Assembly: GCA_937892025.1 (NCBI GenBank)
Contig: CALAVA010000029.1
Location: forward strand, 1-56,569
DNA length: 56,569 nucleotides
Direction: 5' to 3'
From: an uncultured Bacteroidales bacterium
Lineage (GTDB): Bacteria > Bacteroidota > Bacteroidia > Bacteroidales > WCHB1-69
The stretch's first letter is position 1. Each line of letters opens with the position of its first letter. The notes under the pieces are model-generated. The model ran no database searches. It was given only the letters and a program-made list of their open reading frames with translations, and had not been told where the DNA came from. Below are positions 1 to 9,912 of the stretch, piece by piece. Both the position numbers and the translations under genes were made by a program.

Positions 1-111
1 TGTTCAAATTTCTTTAGATATTTTCCCATGTTTATCTGTTTTTAAGTATAAATAGTGCTGATTTTTGGTTTTGTCAGGGAATGTTTGTATATTTGAATAA
101 ACTATGTACAT

Positions 112-582
112 ATGGAAATAAAGAACATTGATGGTAATTTGCTTGATACTGATGCTGAATTAATTTTGCATCAAGTTAATTGCCAGGGAAAAATGAATAG
201 TGGAGTTGCAAAGGCGATTCGTGAAAAATGGCCAATTGTGTTTGAAGAATACATTAAACTTTTTTCTAATGATTTGTTTGTTGTTAAACTTGGTATATGT
301 CAGCCTGTATCTGTTACTGATAATCAAAAGGTTATAAATATGTTTTCACAGGACAATTATGGCTATGATGGGAAAATGTACACTTCATATGATGCAATTA
401 ACACTTGCCTTGGAAAAGTAAAGGATTATTGCGTTAATAATGGATATAAAAGGATAGCACTTCCATATAAAATGTGTTGTTGTCGTGGAGGGGCCAATTG
501 GGATGTTATAATGGCAATGATAAAAGCGAATTTTGAAGACTCTGGTATCACAATTGAAATATGGAAATTAGACAATGACTAA
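112..582 (+). CDS. Macro domain protein (ADP-ribose binding/hydrolase family)
   Basis: 156-aa ORF. 'AELILHQVNCQGKMNSGVAKAIREKWP' resembles the macro-domain nucleotide-binding loop. A terminator hairpin follows. Confidence 0.65.
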   Translation: MEIKNIDGNLLDTDAELILHQVNCQGKMNSGVAKAIREKWPIVFEEYIKLFSNDLFVVKLGICQPVSVTDNQKVINMFSQDNYGYDGKMYTSYDAINTCLGKVKDYCVNNGYKRIALPYKMCCCRGGANWDVIMAMIKANFEDSGITIEIWKLDND

Positions 583-586
583 TAAA

Positions 587-610
587 GGCGTTAAATAGAA
601 CGCTTTTTTT
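587..610 (+). terminator. Rho-independent terminator
   Basis: GCGTT-loop-AACGC hairpin followed by T7, directly after the macro-domain stop codon. Confidence 0.55.
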
Positions 611-675
611 GTTTTTAACAAATTGTTTTTGTATATTACAATAAAATAAGGGAACTATATACCAGTTGACATAAA

Positions 676-1182
676 ATGAGAAAAGAAGAATATAAACTAT
701 TAAATGGAAGTATTGATGGGTGGAATCCATATAAACACAGAAACATTCCACTAAAAAAAGACCAATATATTCAATTATATGGTGAACAAAGTTGGGAAAA
801 AGAATCTGAAAAGAGGCAAAAAAAGGCTAAAGTTAGAAAATACAAGTACCGTCATGATACAATGAAAGGAAACGCTGAATCAAAAATAAGCGGATATAAG
901 AAATCAGATATGGCTAAAGGATTTAAATCAACTTTAACAAAAGAGCAACTTATTGATTTATGGAAAGATGGATGTTATTATTGTGGTGAAATGGATTGGA
1001 AGAAACTTGGTGCTGATAGAATGGATAACAGTAAAGGCCATACAATAGATAATGTTGTGTGTTGCTGTGTAAAGTGTAATAAGCAAAGAAGCCACATTCC
1101 ATTTCATGTGTTTAAGTTTATGAAAGATAATCCAAGCATCAACGCAATTAATATTTATCCGTTTGTGCCAACAAGTATATAA
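676..1182 (+). CDS. HNH endonuclease
   Basis: 'CYYCGEMDW..GADRMDNSKGHTIDNVVCCCVKCNKQR' gives Cys pairs plus H-N-N spacing typical of HNH nucleases. Confidence 0.7.
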   Translation: MRKEEYKLLNGSIDGWNPYKHRNIPLKKDQYIQLYGEQSWEKESEKRQKKAKVRKYKYRHDTMKGNAESKISGYKKSDMAKGFKSTLTKEQLIDLWKDGCYYCGEMDWKKLGADRMDNSKGHTIDNVVCCCVKCNKQRSHIPFHVFKFMKDNPSINAINIYPFVPTSI

Positions 1183-1208
1183 TTCCCTAAAATAAATTTA
1201 TAATATGA

Positions 1209-1367
1209 CTGACATACTCCCACGAATGAATTCGTGGGGTTCTTAATCAATTTCAAGAACACGTATTAACCACACTTGATACATCAAGTGGCGCTGTCAG
1301 CAACGCAATGTTAAAGCAATTCATCCCACAGCTAAAGCAGTGGGCTTTCTTGCACGTTAATCGTAAG
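1209..1367 (+). repeat. Structured intergenic repeat, copy A (full length, lacks hairpin 3)
   Basis: CTGACATACTCC followed by hairpins CCCACGAA-TGAA-TTCGTGGG, GTTCTT..AAGAAC and CACTTGA-TACA-TCAAGTG, then TGTCAG and terminal TTAATCGTAAG. About 90% identical to 30647-30823 and 33171-33350. Confidence 0.9.
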
Positions 1368-1462
1368 GCATCATCACATACAGACAGATGAACATTGGAC
1401 AAGAAATTTGAAAAAAGCGGAGTTAATTCAATTTAAATAAAAAACTATTTTTTAAATTTATT

Positions 1463-1852
1463 ATGACCAAAGAAGAAATAAAACTATACTATAAGATTAA
1501 TGAAAAGTTCATTAAAGATTGTGAATGTGTAGCATCGTATATGCAAAGATATGATAATGATTATGATTACATTACTGATTGGGAAATTTCCGAATACGAT
1601 GGTGAACTTGAAGTTAGAGGAAATTGTTATGTCTATTCACATGGCTACTATGTTTGCGAATCTTCTGTGTGTTTTGAAGCAGAATTGATAGCATATACAG
1701 ATGAACAATTAAAAGACCATGTAGAAGGATTAATAGAAGAGCGTGAAAAATATATTGAAGAACAAAAACGTAAGACTGAAGAAGAAAAAAGAAATAAAGA
1801 ATTAGCAACGCATAAAAGATTGAAAGAAAAATATGGCGATATTAGTCTATAA
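1463..1852 (+). CDS. Hypothetical protein (K/E-rich C-terminus)
   Basis: 129-aa ORF in the + strand gene train. Antisense ORFs in the track are shorter and low-complexity. Confidence 0.65.
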   Translation: MTKEEIKLYYKINEKFIKDCECVASYMQRYDNDYDYITDWEISEYDGELEVRGNCYVYSHGYYVCESSVCFEAELIAYTDEQLKDHVEGLIEEREKYIEEQKRKTEEEKRNKELATHKRLKEKYGDISL

Positions 1853-2237
1853 TAAAAGTAACGAAGACCATTCAATGCATCCGAATAATTTTTATATTGG
1901 ACGAGGAAGTATTTTGGGTAATCCTTACACACATTTGCCATTAAAGAGAACAATAGCATTATATAAGGCAAAGAGCAGGGAAGAGGCAATAGAACTATAT
2001 AGCGGGTATTTTGACTTAATGTATTCGTGTAACAAAGATTTCAAGGCAGTTGTTGATGAAATATACGAAAAATACAAAAGAGGAGAGGATGTATATCTTG
2101 AGTGTTTTTGTCATCCATTGAGTTGTCATGGTGACATAATTGTTCAAAAACTACAAAAAAGGCTTTTAAAAGAAAAAATAATGGAAGAAAAAATGAAACG
2201 TGATGTTAAAAATATGGAAATGGGACAAATATTATAA
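1833..2237 (+). CDS. DUF4326-like protein
   Basis: 'FYIGRGSILGNPYTH' and 'ECFCHPLSCHGDII' match the two signature blocks I associate with DUF4326. Confidence 0.65.
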   Translation: MAILVYNKSNEDHSMHPNNFYIGRGSILGNPYTHLPLKRTIALYKAKSREEAIELYSGYFDLMYSCNKDFKAVVDEIYEKYKRGEDVYLECFCHPLSCHGDIIVQKLQKRLLKEKIMEEKMKRDVKNMEMGQIL

Positions 2238-3093
2238 TCTTCCTGAGATACAAGAAATTAGAGATAAAATTATAGATACATATACAAACAAGTTGGTGTT
2301 TGTGGAAGGGCCGCATAAGTATTATCTTGATGGTGTTGAATATATTTCCGTGTCGGAGGTAACGCATAAATACAAACCAATAGATGGCGAGCAAATGGCG
2401 GAAAACTGTGTCAATAAATGGATGAAAGACCAAGACCCATCATATAAGTATTATGGGATGTCCAAGGAAGAAATATTGGCACAATGGAAAGTAAAAAGTG
2501 ACCATGCATGCGAATTTGGAACCAATGTTCATGCATTCGGTGAAAGTATGTTCTATTATATGACAGGAGAGCCTGACAAAATACTTGATGAATGTAAAGA
2601 ACAATTTGATGAAGATGGTCCACACCCAGCAAATCCACAAGAAAAAGCAATAGTTAAATTTTGGGATGATTTACCAGAAAGTTTTGTTCCGGTTCTTGCT
2701 GAAACAAAGGTATTTAATAGAAACGGAACACAATATGCAGGAACATTTGATATTCTGTTTTATTATGTTGAAGAACCAGAATCTCCAAAAAATGGGCTTT
2801 TGATTTTTGACTATAAGACAAATGAAGATTTGTACAAAAACTATAGGGGGCAAACTTTGTTATGGCCGTTCCAAGATATGTTAGACCAAAATGCTTCTTA
2901 TTATCAATTACAATTGTCATGTTATCAGATTCCATTGGAAAATTTAGGATATAAGGTAATAGGAAGAAGACTTATTTGGGTAAGACCCGATGGGAGTTAT
3001 GAAAAAATCAGGTTGGATTCTGTATCAGGACGATTGCGTGAAGCCCTTAATATACCAACTTCAAAAGAAATAATAGAAAAAGGAATCCTGTAG
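2200..3093 (+). CDS. PD-(D/E)XK family nuclease (RecB/Cas4/YqaJ-like exonuclease)
   Basis: 'GTFDILFYY', 'IFDYKTN' and 'YQLQLSCYQ' give a D..(D/E)xK..QxxxY motif order. Confidence 0.65.
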   Translation: MMLKIWKWDKYYNLPEIQEIRDKIIDTYTNKLVFVEGPHKYYLDGVEYISVSEVTHKYKPIDGEQMAENCVNKWMKDQDPSYKYYGMSKEEILAQWKVKSDHACEFGTNVHAFGESMFYYMTGEPDKILDECKEQFDEDGPHPANPQEKAIVKFWDDLPESFVPVLAETKVFNRNGTQYAGTFDILFYYVEEPESPKNGLLIFDYKTNEDLYKNYRGQTLLWPFQDMLDQNASYYQLQLSCYQIPLENLGYKVIGRRLIWVRPDGSYEKIRLDSVSGRLREALNIPTSKEIIEKGIL

Positions 3094-3115
3094 TTGTTAT
3101 TACAGGATTTTTTTT
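3084..3115 (+). terminator. Rho-independent terminator
   Basis: AATCCTGTA-loop-TACAGGATT followed by T8; the TAG stop of the nuclease gene lies in the stem. Confidence 0.75.
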
Positions 3116-3131
3116 GTATAATAATGAAAAA

Positions 3132-3160
3132 TTGGTACAATATTTGATAGCATAATTTTG
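3132..3160 (+). promoter_or_regulatory. -24/-12-like motif plus TAATTTTG box
   Basis: TTGGTAC-AATAT-TTGAT, then TAATTTTG (fits the Bacteroides -7 TAnnTTTG), about 25 nt upstream of ATG 3183. Confidence 0.5.
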
Positions 3161-3182
3161 AAAACATTTAGAATTTAAAAGT

Positions 3183-3437
3183 ATGGCAGAAAAACTTATG
3201 ACATTCAAGCACACCAAAGACGGTATGCTGACAGTTGAAAATCAAAAAGGAGATTTCATCTTGAAAAACGAATTTCTTGGCGTATTGCACGAGATTATTT
3301 CAGAAAAGGAAAGAGTACTTGCAAACTATTCAAGTGAAGATGACACAAGAAAAGAGGAAGTATGGTTTAGAATAACAAAAGCCGAATATGATGCTCAATT
3401 GGATTTACTTGAGAAACTGAAAAAAATGGTTTATTAA
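3183..3437 (+). CDS. Hypothetical protein
   Basis: 84-aa ORF directly downstream of the promoter-like motif, tightly followed by the next gene. Confidence 0.6.
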   Translation: MAEKLMTFKHTKDGMLTVENQKGDFILKNEFLGVLHEIISEKERVLANYSSEDDTRKEEVWFRITKAEYDAQLDLLEKLKKMVY

Positions 3438-3440
3438 AAA

Positions 3441-4124
3441 ATGAGTTTAAGACATTACGATAGTATACCAAGAGAACAGGACTATGGTGCGTTGAATGGC
3501 GAAATGGTTTTTGGCTTCAATAAACTTGATGGCCAAAATTTCTGTGTCCAATATAAGCCAAAGCATAAAATATGGGGTCCTTGTGGCTCACGTACAAGAA
3601 CCGTTGATGAAAACGATGAGCAATTTGGCGAAACTGTAAAGTACTTTAACAATTCAAAGTATAAGAACATTTTAGAGGAAATTGTTGCGAACAACAGAGG
3701 AAAGAAACAAATCTTCAATGGCGTTGAAGAAATGACTTTTTATTTTGAATGGTTTGGAGAAAATTCATTTGCAGGAAAGCATCAAGAAGGTGATGAAATG
3801 CACTTGGCTCTTATTGACGTGTTTATGAAAAAACGTGGATATATGGAACCAAAAGACTTTGTGGACTTGTTCTATGAAAGTGGCATTGTTTTACCAGATT
3901 TGGTCTATAATGGTCCGTTGAACGCTGAGATTATTGATAAAATTAAGAATAACGATTGGACCCAAGAAGGCTGTGAGTTTCCTTATGTAAAGGAAGGTGT
4001 TGTATTCAAACGTTCAACATTACTTCCAGGTCAGCGTAGACCTTCAGTTAAGGTTAAGACAAAATGGTGGCTGAATAAGCTATATTCAATGTATAGTGAA
4101 GAAGAATGCAAAATTTTGGAATAA
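3441..4124 (+). CDS. ATP-dependent RNA ligase (minimal nucleotidyltransferase domain)
   Basis: Ligase motifs I 'NKLDGQN', III 'FYFEWFGE', IV 'EGVVFK' and V 'KVKTKWW' in canonical order. Confidence 0.7.
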   Translation: MSLRHYDSIPREQDYGALNGEMVFGFNKLDGQNFCVQYKPKHKIWGPCGSRTRTVDENDEQFGETVKYFNNSKYKNILEEIVANNRGKKQIFNGVEEMTFYFEWFGENSFAGKHQEGDEMHLALIDVFMKKRGYMEPKDFVDLFYESGIVLPDLVYNGPLNAEIIDKIKNNDWTQEGCEFPYVKEGVVFKRSTLLPGQRRPSVKVKTKWWLNKLYSMYSEEECKILE

Positions 4125-4135
4125 TCTTAAATAAT

Positions 4136-4264
4136 ATGAGAAAGGTAATTGAAGAATTAAAAAAAGGATATGAAATTGGAGTTCATGATGGAAAAGAAAA
4201 AGCAAAAATAGAATTCCAAGAATCTAATAAAAGCTCAGATTTACATAACAAGACATTCGGATGA
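4136..4264 (+). CDS. Small hypothetical protein (42 aa)
   Basis: ATG 4136 to TGA 4264, with an ATGA overlap onto the next gene. Below the ORF-track cutoff. Confidence 0.35.
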   Translation: MRKVIEELKKGYEIGVHDGKEKAKIEFQESNKSSDLHNKTFG

Positions 4265-4569
4265 TTAGAAAAGTATATGCAGTAGAATGTGACTTGTGTG
4301 GAGAACAACAAAATTTTGTAACAATTGATGATGTTTCAAAGTATTATTGGCTCTATAGACTAAAGAAAATAAATCCTTTGTCTGATGAACTATATCTAAG
4401 AAGCAAGAGCCATATACCATTCAAATATTTAGCCTTTTGCTGCGAAAACTGTAAAGACAAGTATTTTGAGGAAATGCCTGAAGACATTCCACATTACAAG
4501 AAAGTTGGAAAGTATGACCAAAAAGAAGTGTTTAATAAAATAATGACATATGAACCTGAAAATAAATAA
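4261..4569 (+). CDS. Hypothetical protein, zinc-ribbon-like
   Basis: Cys pairs 'CDLCGE' and 'CENCKDKY'; 102-aa ORF. Confidence 0.6.
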   Translation: MIRKVYAVECDLCGEQQNFVTIDDVSKYYWLYRLKKINPLSDELYLRSKSHIPFKYLAFCCENCKDKYFEEMPEDIPHYKKVGKYDQKEVFNKIMTYEPENK

Positions 4570-4572
4570 TCA

Positions 4573-4899
4573 ATGAAATACTCACAATTACCTCCAACTA
4601 TATACGAAAACGGAAAAATATATTTTCTCATTTCAAGAGAGCTTAATGATTCTTCCATTGGTATGAAGGGATGGTGGTCGTTTGAATACTCTGAAAGTAA
4701 CGATGAAGTAACTCTTCCGGCAGAAGCAACCGATGGACGGTCTATATACTATCTTATTAGTGTTGAAGAAACAAAAAAAAAAGCACAAAATTCATTATTA
4801 GAAAAACTAAACGAAACTAAAGAAATACTAACTAAAAAAAGAAAAGAGGAAATAATGAAAAAGTGGAAAGATAAGATTAATAAATTCAAAAAGAAATGA
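4573..4899 (+). CDS. Hypothetical protein
   Basis: 108-aa ORF with a 4-nt gap from its neighbour and an overlapping stop/start with the next gene. Confidence 0.6.
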   Translation: MKYSQLPPTIYENGKIYFLISRELNDSSIGMKGWWSFEYSESNDEVTLPAEATDGRSIYYLISVEETKKKAQNSLLEKLNETKEILTKKRKEEIMKKWKDKINKFKKK

Positions 4900-5252
4900 A
4901 AATTGACATTAGATTTTATAAGGAAAATGATAATTGGTATGCAGATGTTCCAAACCACACAAAAGAAGAAAATGAAATGGTGATGGGCTCAGATAACGCA
5001 CTTGACTGGCTTCTTGATTCAGCAAATAACTGGAGAGATGAAGAAAAAAACGAGATAACTCTTACTTTATCAGATGAAGATACAAATGAATATGTTTTTC
5101 ATTTCAATAGAACAGAACACGATGATGATGGCGCTTATTACCAAGCATGTGGAGATTATGATTTACTCTATCCTATATGGATATGCAATGTAACGCACGA
5201 TGTGTTTGGAGAGCATCCTGAAGACCTTTATATATTGAAAATTAAGAGTTGA
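4896..5252 (+). CDS. Hypothetical protein
   Basis: 118-aa ORF with an ATGA overlap to the upstream gene. Confidence 0.6.
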   Translation: MKIDIRFYKENDNWYADVPNHTKEENEMVMGSDNALDWLLDSANNWRDEEKNEITLTLSDEDTNEYVFHFNRTEHDDDGAYYQACGDYDLLYPIWICNVTHDVFGEHPEDLYILKIKS

Positions 5253-5255
5253 AAA

Positions 5256-6032
5256 ATGAGTAGAACAAAGAAATATTCAGTTCTTACTTATAACATCGGT
5301 AAATATGAATTATTTTATGATTTATCGCCAAATGTGATGAATGATGAAATAGAATATATCTATGTTACAGATGACCATTCAATTATGTCAGATACTTGGA
5401 ACATTGTATATGAAGATAACTTGGTTGGCGATGTTTTTGATAAAGTTTATCAAATTAAATTTAATCCATTTAAATATATCCATACGGATGTTGTTTTAAC
5501 GATTGATGCAAGAATTGAAATTTTAAAAGACGTAATGCCGATGTTTGAAATGTTCGACAAATATGGATATGACGCTGCTGTTGTCCCACATTTTTTGTTT
5601 GGTGATATAAATTCTGAATATGATAATTGGGTAAATAACAGAAATTATCCTATTGAAGAAAAAGAAAAATGTATCAATTTTATAAAAAGCCTTGGCTATG
5701 ATTTGAATTATAAAGGACTTTATGAGGGTGGTATTTCGATTAAGAGAAATAATAGTTTTTGTAAAAGTTGGTGTGCAATGACATATGGGTTTTTAAAATT
5801 TTTAGCAACACCACCAAGTACTATAGAAAGAAATGACCAGGTTATTTGTAGTGTTGTGCTAAACAAATATTTTAATGATAAAAATATAATGCCAATTAGT
5901 CCATATATTTATGCAAGGCACGATGCTGATGATACTTATTTTAAATTACATATACGTGGCGATTATGGATATTGTTTTGCATTATCTGAATATCCGCTTT
6001 ATTTGTTTAATAAATTAATAATTTTTAGTTAA
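5256..6032 (+). CDS. Hypothetical protein (possibly DUF616-like glycosyltransferase)
   Basis: 258-aa ORF. The N-terminal 'YSVLTYNIGKYE...IEYIYVTDD' pattern is reminiscent of DUF616; weak, from memory. Confidence 0.55.
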   Translation: MSRTKKYSVLTYNIGKYELFYDLSPNVMNDEIEYIYVTDDHSIMSDTWNIVYEDNLVGDVFDKVYQIKFNPFKYIHTDVVLTIDARIEILKDVMPMFEMFDKYGYDAAVVPHFLFGDINSEYDNWVNNRNYPIEEKEKCINFIKSLGYDLNYKGLYEGGISIKRNNSFCKSWCAMTYGFLKFLATPPSTIERNDQVICSVVLNKYFNDKNIMPISPYIYARHDADDTYFKLHIRGDYGYCFALSEYPLYLFNKLIIFS

Positions 6033-6093
6033 AACTAAAAGTATGAAGAAAATTTTAATTATGTTTTTAATTGCAAGTTGAATATTATTGATA

Positions 6094-6318
6094 ATGAAGC
6101 ATTTTAAAGACGATGAAGAATATGACTCAATGAAAGAGTATGAATTTAATCTTATGAGTCATTTGAATGAAGAGGAAGAAATGACTGACAATTATGACTC
6201 AAATTTATTCAGTCATTGGAAAGAAGACCATATGAATAATAAAGACACGGATAAGCAACAAACAATACAGATGTTAGAAGTTGTAAGTGTTGTATGTTTA
6301 ACAATGTTATTTTTTTGA
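6094..6318 (+). CDS. Hypothetical acidic protein
   Basis: ORF-track start 6088 is TTG; the first ATG is at 6094. The stop lies 2 nt before the next start. Confidence 0.45.
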   Translation: MKHFKDDEEYDSMKEYEFNLMSHLNEEEEMTDNYDSNLFSHWKEDHMNNKDTDKQQTIQMLEVVSVVCLTMLFF

Positions 6319-6320
6319 CT

Positions 6321-7385
6321 ATGAAGTGGCCGAGACAATTTATTACAAGAGAAGATGGTACTGATGTAGAAGCACAAGCGCCATTGATTATATCAGCAAG
6401 CAGAAGCACTGATATATCCGCTTTTTACAGCGATTGGTTTTTTAACCGACTTAAAATCGGATATTCAGCATGGATTAATCCGTTCACAAAGGAAAAAAAC
6501 TATATTGCTTACAATAAATGCAAATTTATAGTATTTTGGTCTAAGAATCCAAATCCATTGATTCCACATTTGGATGAGTTGAAAGAACGTGGCATTGGTT
6601 GTTATGTTCAATATACATTGAATGACTATGAAAAAGAAGGACTTGAAAAAGGTGTGCCATCATTGGATGAAAGGATAGAGACATTCAAAGCACTTGTTGA
6701 CAAATTAGGGAAAGGTAATGTCATATGGAGATTTGACCCATTAATACTTACTGATGAAATTACAATTAATATTCTGCTTGACAAAATTAAAAAAATAGGA
6801 GATAAGTTACTTGGATATACCGATAAATTAGTATTCAGTTTTGCTGACATATCAACGTACAAAAAGGTACAAAGTAATTTAACAATCAACGGAATACATT
6901 ATCAAGAATGGGATGATGAATCAGAATTAAAATTTGCAGAAGCATTGTCTGAATTAAATAAAAGTTCAAAATGGAATTATAAACTTGCAACTTGTGGAGA
7001 AAAAGTTGATTTGTCTGAATTCGGAATTGAGCACAATAAATGTATTGATGATGAACTAATCACAAAGATATCATATAAAGACAAAGAACTTATGGACTTT
7101 CTTGGAATTAAAATAAAATGTGTTGATGATTTTATATTTGGCTCTGATGACATGCCAAAAGACGCTATTGTAATCAATAGTGATTATTATGGAGTCAGAA
7201 GTAAAAGCAATAAAGATACTGGCCAGCGTGCTTTATGTGGATGTATTGTAAGTAAAGACATTGGACAATATAATACATGCCCACATATGTGCGAGTATTG
7301 CTATGCTAATTCTGATAAAACACTTGCAGCAGGTAATTACGGGCTTTTTGTACTTAATGGCGGATTAGGTGAAACAATTATTTGA
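6321..7385 (+). CDS. DUF1848-like Fe-S protein
   Basis: C-terminal 'CGCIVSKDIGQYNTCPHMCEYCYAN' cysteine cluster. Start moved to ATG 6321, just after the upstream stop. Confidence 0.55.
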   Translation: MKWPRQFITREDGTDVEAQAPLIISASRSTDISAFYSDWFFNRLKIGYSAWINPFTKEKNYIAYNKCKFIVFWSKNPNPLIPHLDELKERGIGCYVQYTLNDYEKEGLEKGVPSLDERIETFKALVDKLGKGNVIWRFDPLILTDEITINILLDKIKKIGDKLLGYTDKLVFSFADISTYKKVQSNLTINGIHYQEWDDESELKFAEALSELNKSSKWNYKLATCGEKVDLSEFGIEHNKCIDDELITKISYKDKELMDFLGIKIKCVDDFIFGSDDMPKDAIVINSDYYGVRSKSNKDTGQRALCGCIVSKDIGQYNTCPHMCEYCYANSDKTLAAGNYGLFVLNGGLGETII

Positions 7386-7427
7386 TTTTAAATTTAATTA
7401 TTTGTATAATTATATAAAAAGAATATT

Positions 7428-7667
7428 ATGGATAACGAAATTTATGATATTGTTAAAGATATTCCATTGAAAAGTGGTTTAACCATTAAAGCAGGTAATA
7501 AACTTCACAAGACACATAGCGTATATTATCTTAATGGAATGATGTTACATCCTGATTACCAAAAAGATTTTAGCGGATTGGTTTACGCTGAAAAAATGAC
7601 AGGATGGAATTATTTGGTTCCACTAAAGACAAAAACAGCTTGGACTAATAGTAAGGAAGATAAGTGA
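7428..7667 (+). CDS. Hypothetical protein
   Basis: 79-aa ORF with an ATGA-type overlap to the methyltransferase gene. Confidence 0.55.
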   Translation: MDNEIYDIVKDIPLKSGLTIKAGNKLHKTHSVYYLNGMMLHPDYQKDFSGLVYAEKMTGWNYLVPLKTKTAWTNSKEDK

Positions 7668-8446
7668 TGAAGATGCAAAATTGCGATATTATTTGTGGCG
7701 ATTGCTGTGAAAAAGTAAAAGAACTCATTGATAAAGGCGTAAAAGTTGATTTAACTATTACAAGCCCGCCGTATGATGATTTACGCACTTACCTTGAAGG
7801 TCCTAAGTTTGGGGAAGAAACGTGGAGAAACCTTATTCCATTGTTATATGAGGTAACAAACGATGGAGGCGTTGTCGTCTGGGTAATAAATGATAGAATA
7901 AAAAACGGAAGTAAAACAGGAACATCATTCAAACAAGCGTTGGCTTTTATGGATGCAGGTTTTAATCTCAATGATACTATGATTTGGGAAAAAACAAATC
8001 CTATGCCTCAGGTATCTCAACCACGTTACAATCAGTCGTTTGAATATATGTTTGTGTTTTCAAAAGGAAAACCGAAGACATTCAATCCAATTAAAGTTCA
8101 ATGTAAATGCGCAGGACAAGATTATGATTCAACATGCAAGAATATGGGAGGTGAAAACGGTAGAACTGAGAAACACTTTATAATTAATAAGGATAAAATT
8201 AAATCAAATATTTGGAAATTTGCTGTTGCGAACAATAAAACGATACATCCGGCGGTTTTTCCGTTACAACTTGCGATAGACCACATTCTTTCTTGGACAA
8301 ACGAAGGAGATATGGTATTTGACCCATTTGTCGGTAGCGGAACATCAGGAATTGCAGCACTACAATTGGGTAGAAATTTTATAGGAATTGACATAGTTCC
8401 TGAATATTGCGAACTTACAACAAAACAAATTGAAAATTTTTTGTAA
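7664..8446 (+). CDS. DNA methyltransferase (N6-adenine/N4-cytosine, beta class)
   Basis: Motif IV 'TSPPY' lies near the N-terminus and the AdoMet motif 'FDPFVGSGTSG' near the C-terminus. Confidence 0.85.
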   Translation: MMKMQNCDIICGDCCEKVKELIDKGVKVDLTITSPPYDDLRTYLEGPKFGEETWRNLIPLLYEVTNDGGVVVWVINDRIKNGSKTGTSFKQALAFMDAGFNLNDTMIWEKTNPMPQVSQPRYNQSFEYMFVFSKGKPKTFNPIKVQCKCAGQDYDSTCKNMGGENGRTEKHFIINKDKIKSNIWKFAVANNKTIHPAVFPLQLAIDHILSWTNEGDMVFDPFVGSGTSGIAALQLGRNFIGIDIVPEYCELTTKQIENFL

Positions 8447-8494
8447 AATATTTTGTTATAAGAAATAAAAATTGTATATTTATATTAAATTTAA

Positions 8495-8567
8495 TGGCTC
8501 GTGGTGTATTTGGTTAACACGTATGCCTTTGAAGCATAAATAGCAGGTTCGAGTCCTGCCGAGCCAA
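8495..8567 (+). tRNA. tRNA-Gln (anticodon UUG)
   Basis: Hand-folded 73-nt cloverleaf: acceptor TGGCTCG/CGAGCCA, D stem GTGT/ACAC, anticodon loop CTTTGAA, T arm GCAGG-TTCGAGT-CCTGC. Confidence 0.85.
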
Positions 8568-8602
8568 CTTAAACTTAGTTATTAATTAAAATTTTGTGAA
8601 TT

Positions 8603-9121
8603 ATGAAGATTATTATTTTTGATGGCCGAATTGGTGCTAAAGGCGCAGAGGTTTCTTCAACAAGAGGTGGTAAGCCTTTTGTCAGGTTTAGTGTTGCTAA
8701 CAACTCATTTGTTAATGGTCAAGACAAGACCGAGTGGTTTGATGTCACAAGTTATGACCCATTTGTGATTGAAAGTAAAGTAAAGTATTTGACAAAGGGT
8801 ACGCCAGTACAAATTGTTGGTTCTTTGAATACTGAGGTTAAAGTTGACAACCAAGGTAAAGTTTGGGTTAACCAATATGTCACTGCTGACAGAATTGAGT
8901 TAATGTTCAATAGTAAAAAGGATGAGGATAATCATGGCGGTCAGAATGGTTTTGTTTCAGAGGGGACATTATCAACTATGACAGGTGGAACGCAATCAGA
9001 GGCAATGCTTAGTGGTAAAGAAACGGCAAAGCAAACTCCTGCTCAAAATCTCCAACCACAACCTGAACCTGAAATCCCAATGAGCGAAGGCTCTGGCGGG
9101 GAAGATGACCTTCCTTTCTAA
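8603..9121 (+). CDS. ssb: Single-stranded DNA-binding protein
   Basis: N-terminal OB-fold-like region, Gly/Gln/Pro-rich linker and acidic C-terminal tip 'GEDDLPF'. Confidence 0.85.
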   Translation: MKIIIFDGRIGAKGAEVSSTRGGKPFVRFSVANNSFVNGQDKTEWFDVTSYDPFVIESKVKYLTKGTPVQIVGSLNTEVKVDNQGKVWVNQYVTADRIELMFNSKKDEDNHGGQNGFVSEGTLSTMTGGTQSEAMLSGKETAKQTPAQNLQPQPEPEIPMSEGSGGEDDLPF

Positions 9122-9156
9122 CCTAAAGTATTAAAGGTATTATCTCGTTAAAGGCA

Positions 9157-9186
9157 AACAAGGCCAATATTGACCTTGTTTTTTTT
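9157..9186 (+). terminator. Rho-independent terminator
   Basis: AACAAGG-loop-CCTTGTT followed by T8, downstream of ssb. Confidence 0.7.
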
Positions 9187-9273
9187 GTATAAACATTTTA
9201 AACTTTTTTCCACCGTCGTGTTAATTATTTAAAAATATGCGAAATATGGGAAAGAAAAAAAACAAAAGAAAGT

Positions 9274-9584
9274 TTTATATTAGAAGCTAAAAAAATTCAT
9301 GGAGATAAATATAAAGGATTTTTAAAATTGGATTTTTATTTGCCTGAATATAATATTGCCATAGAATGTCATGGAGAACAATATTTTGAAAATTCAGATG
9401 GGAAAATGATGATAAAAACTTATTAACAAGGCAATTAAGAGATGATGTAAAACAAAAATTATGCAAAGAAAAAGGTATAAACATTATATATTATACAAAT
9501 ATTAATTATGAAAAATATTGTAAAGATAAATTAATTATTAATAATAAAGAAGATTTACTTAAAAAAAATTTAAATTATGATTGA
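9274..9584 (+). pseudogene. Decayed PD-(D/E)XK (Vsr/DUF559-like) homing-endonuclease gene
   Basis: 'FILEAKKIHGDKYKG|FLKLDFYLPEYNIAIECHGEQYF' ends in a stop. The sequence continues in another frame as 'RQLRDDVKQKLCKEKGINIIYYTN...'. There is also an internal deletion. Confidence 0.55.
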
Positions 9585-9912
9585 TATTAGAAAAATAGAA
9601 AAAAATGAAGATTTTGAAAATTTTATTTCTGAAAATAAAAAAGTTTGTATTAAGTTTTCGGCTGATTGGTGTCAACCTTGTAAAACATTGGCACAGAGGT
9701 TAAAAAATATTGATTCTGAAAAAATTGGAAACACGTTATTTGCTGAAATTGACATTAGTGAAAATGATGAATGTGAAGCAATTGCTGAAAAATATGGTGT
9801 CACTAACATTCCATGCATGATGTATTTTAAGAATAGAGAAATGGTTGACAGAAGTGTTGGATTGGTTCCGTTGGATGACATTTATAATAGGATAAACAAA
9901 TTATCAGAATGA
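9577..9912 (+). CDS. Thioredoxin-like protein
   Basis: Active-site-like 'WCQPCK' (WCGPC variant) at the expected position in a 111-aa ORF. Confidence 0.75.
   Translation: MIDIRKIEKNEDFENFISENKKVCIKFSADWCQPCKTLAQRLKNIDSEKIGNTLFAEIDISENDECEAIAEKYGVTNIPCMMYFKNREMVDRSVGLVPLDDIYNRINKLSE

Noticed and set aside
3091-3093. Genome-wide TAG (or TGA) stop-codon reassignment, considered because of the in-frame TAG at 47660 and several TAG-terminated fragments.
   Set aside because: TAG at 3091 ends the nuclease gene inside a strong terminator stem. The other TAG-ended small ORFs hit further stops within a few codons. No CUA- or UCA-anticodon tRNA is present in the window. ORFs are compact and contiguous under the standard code.
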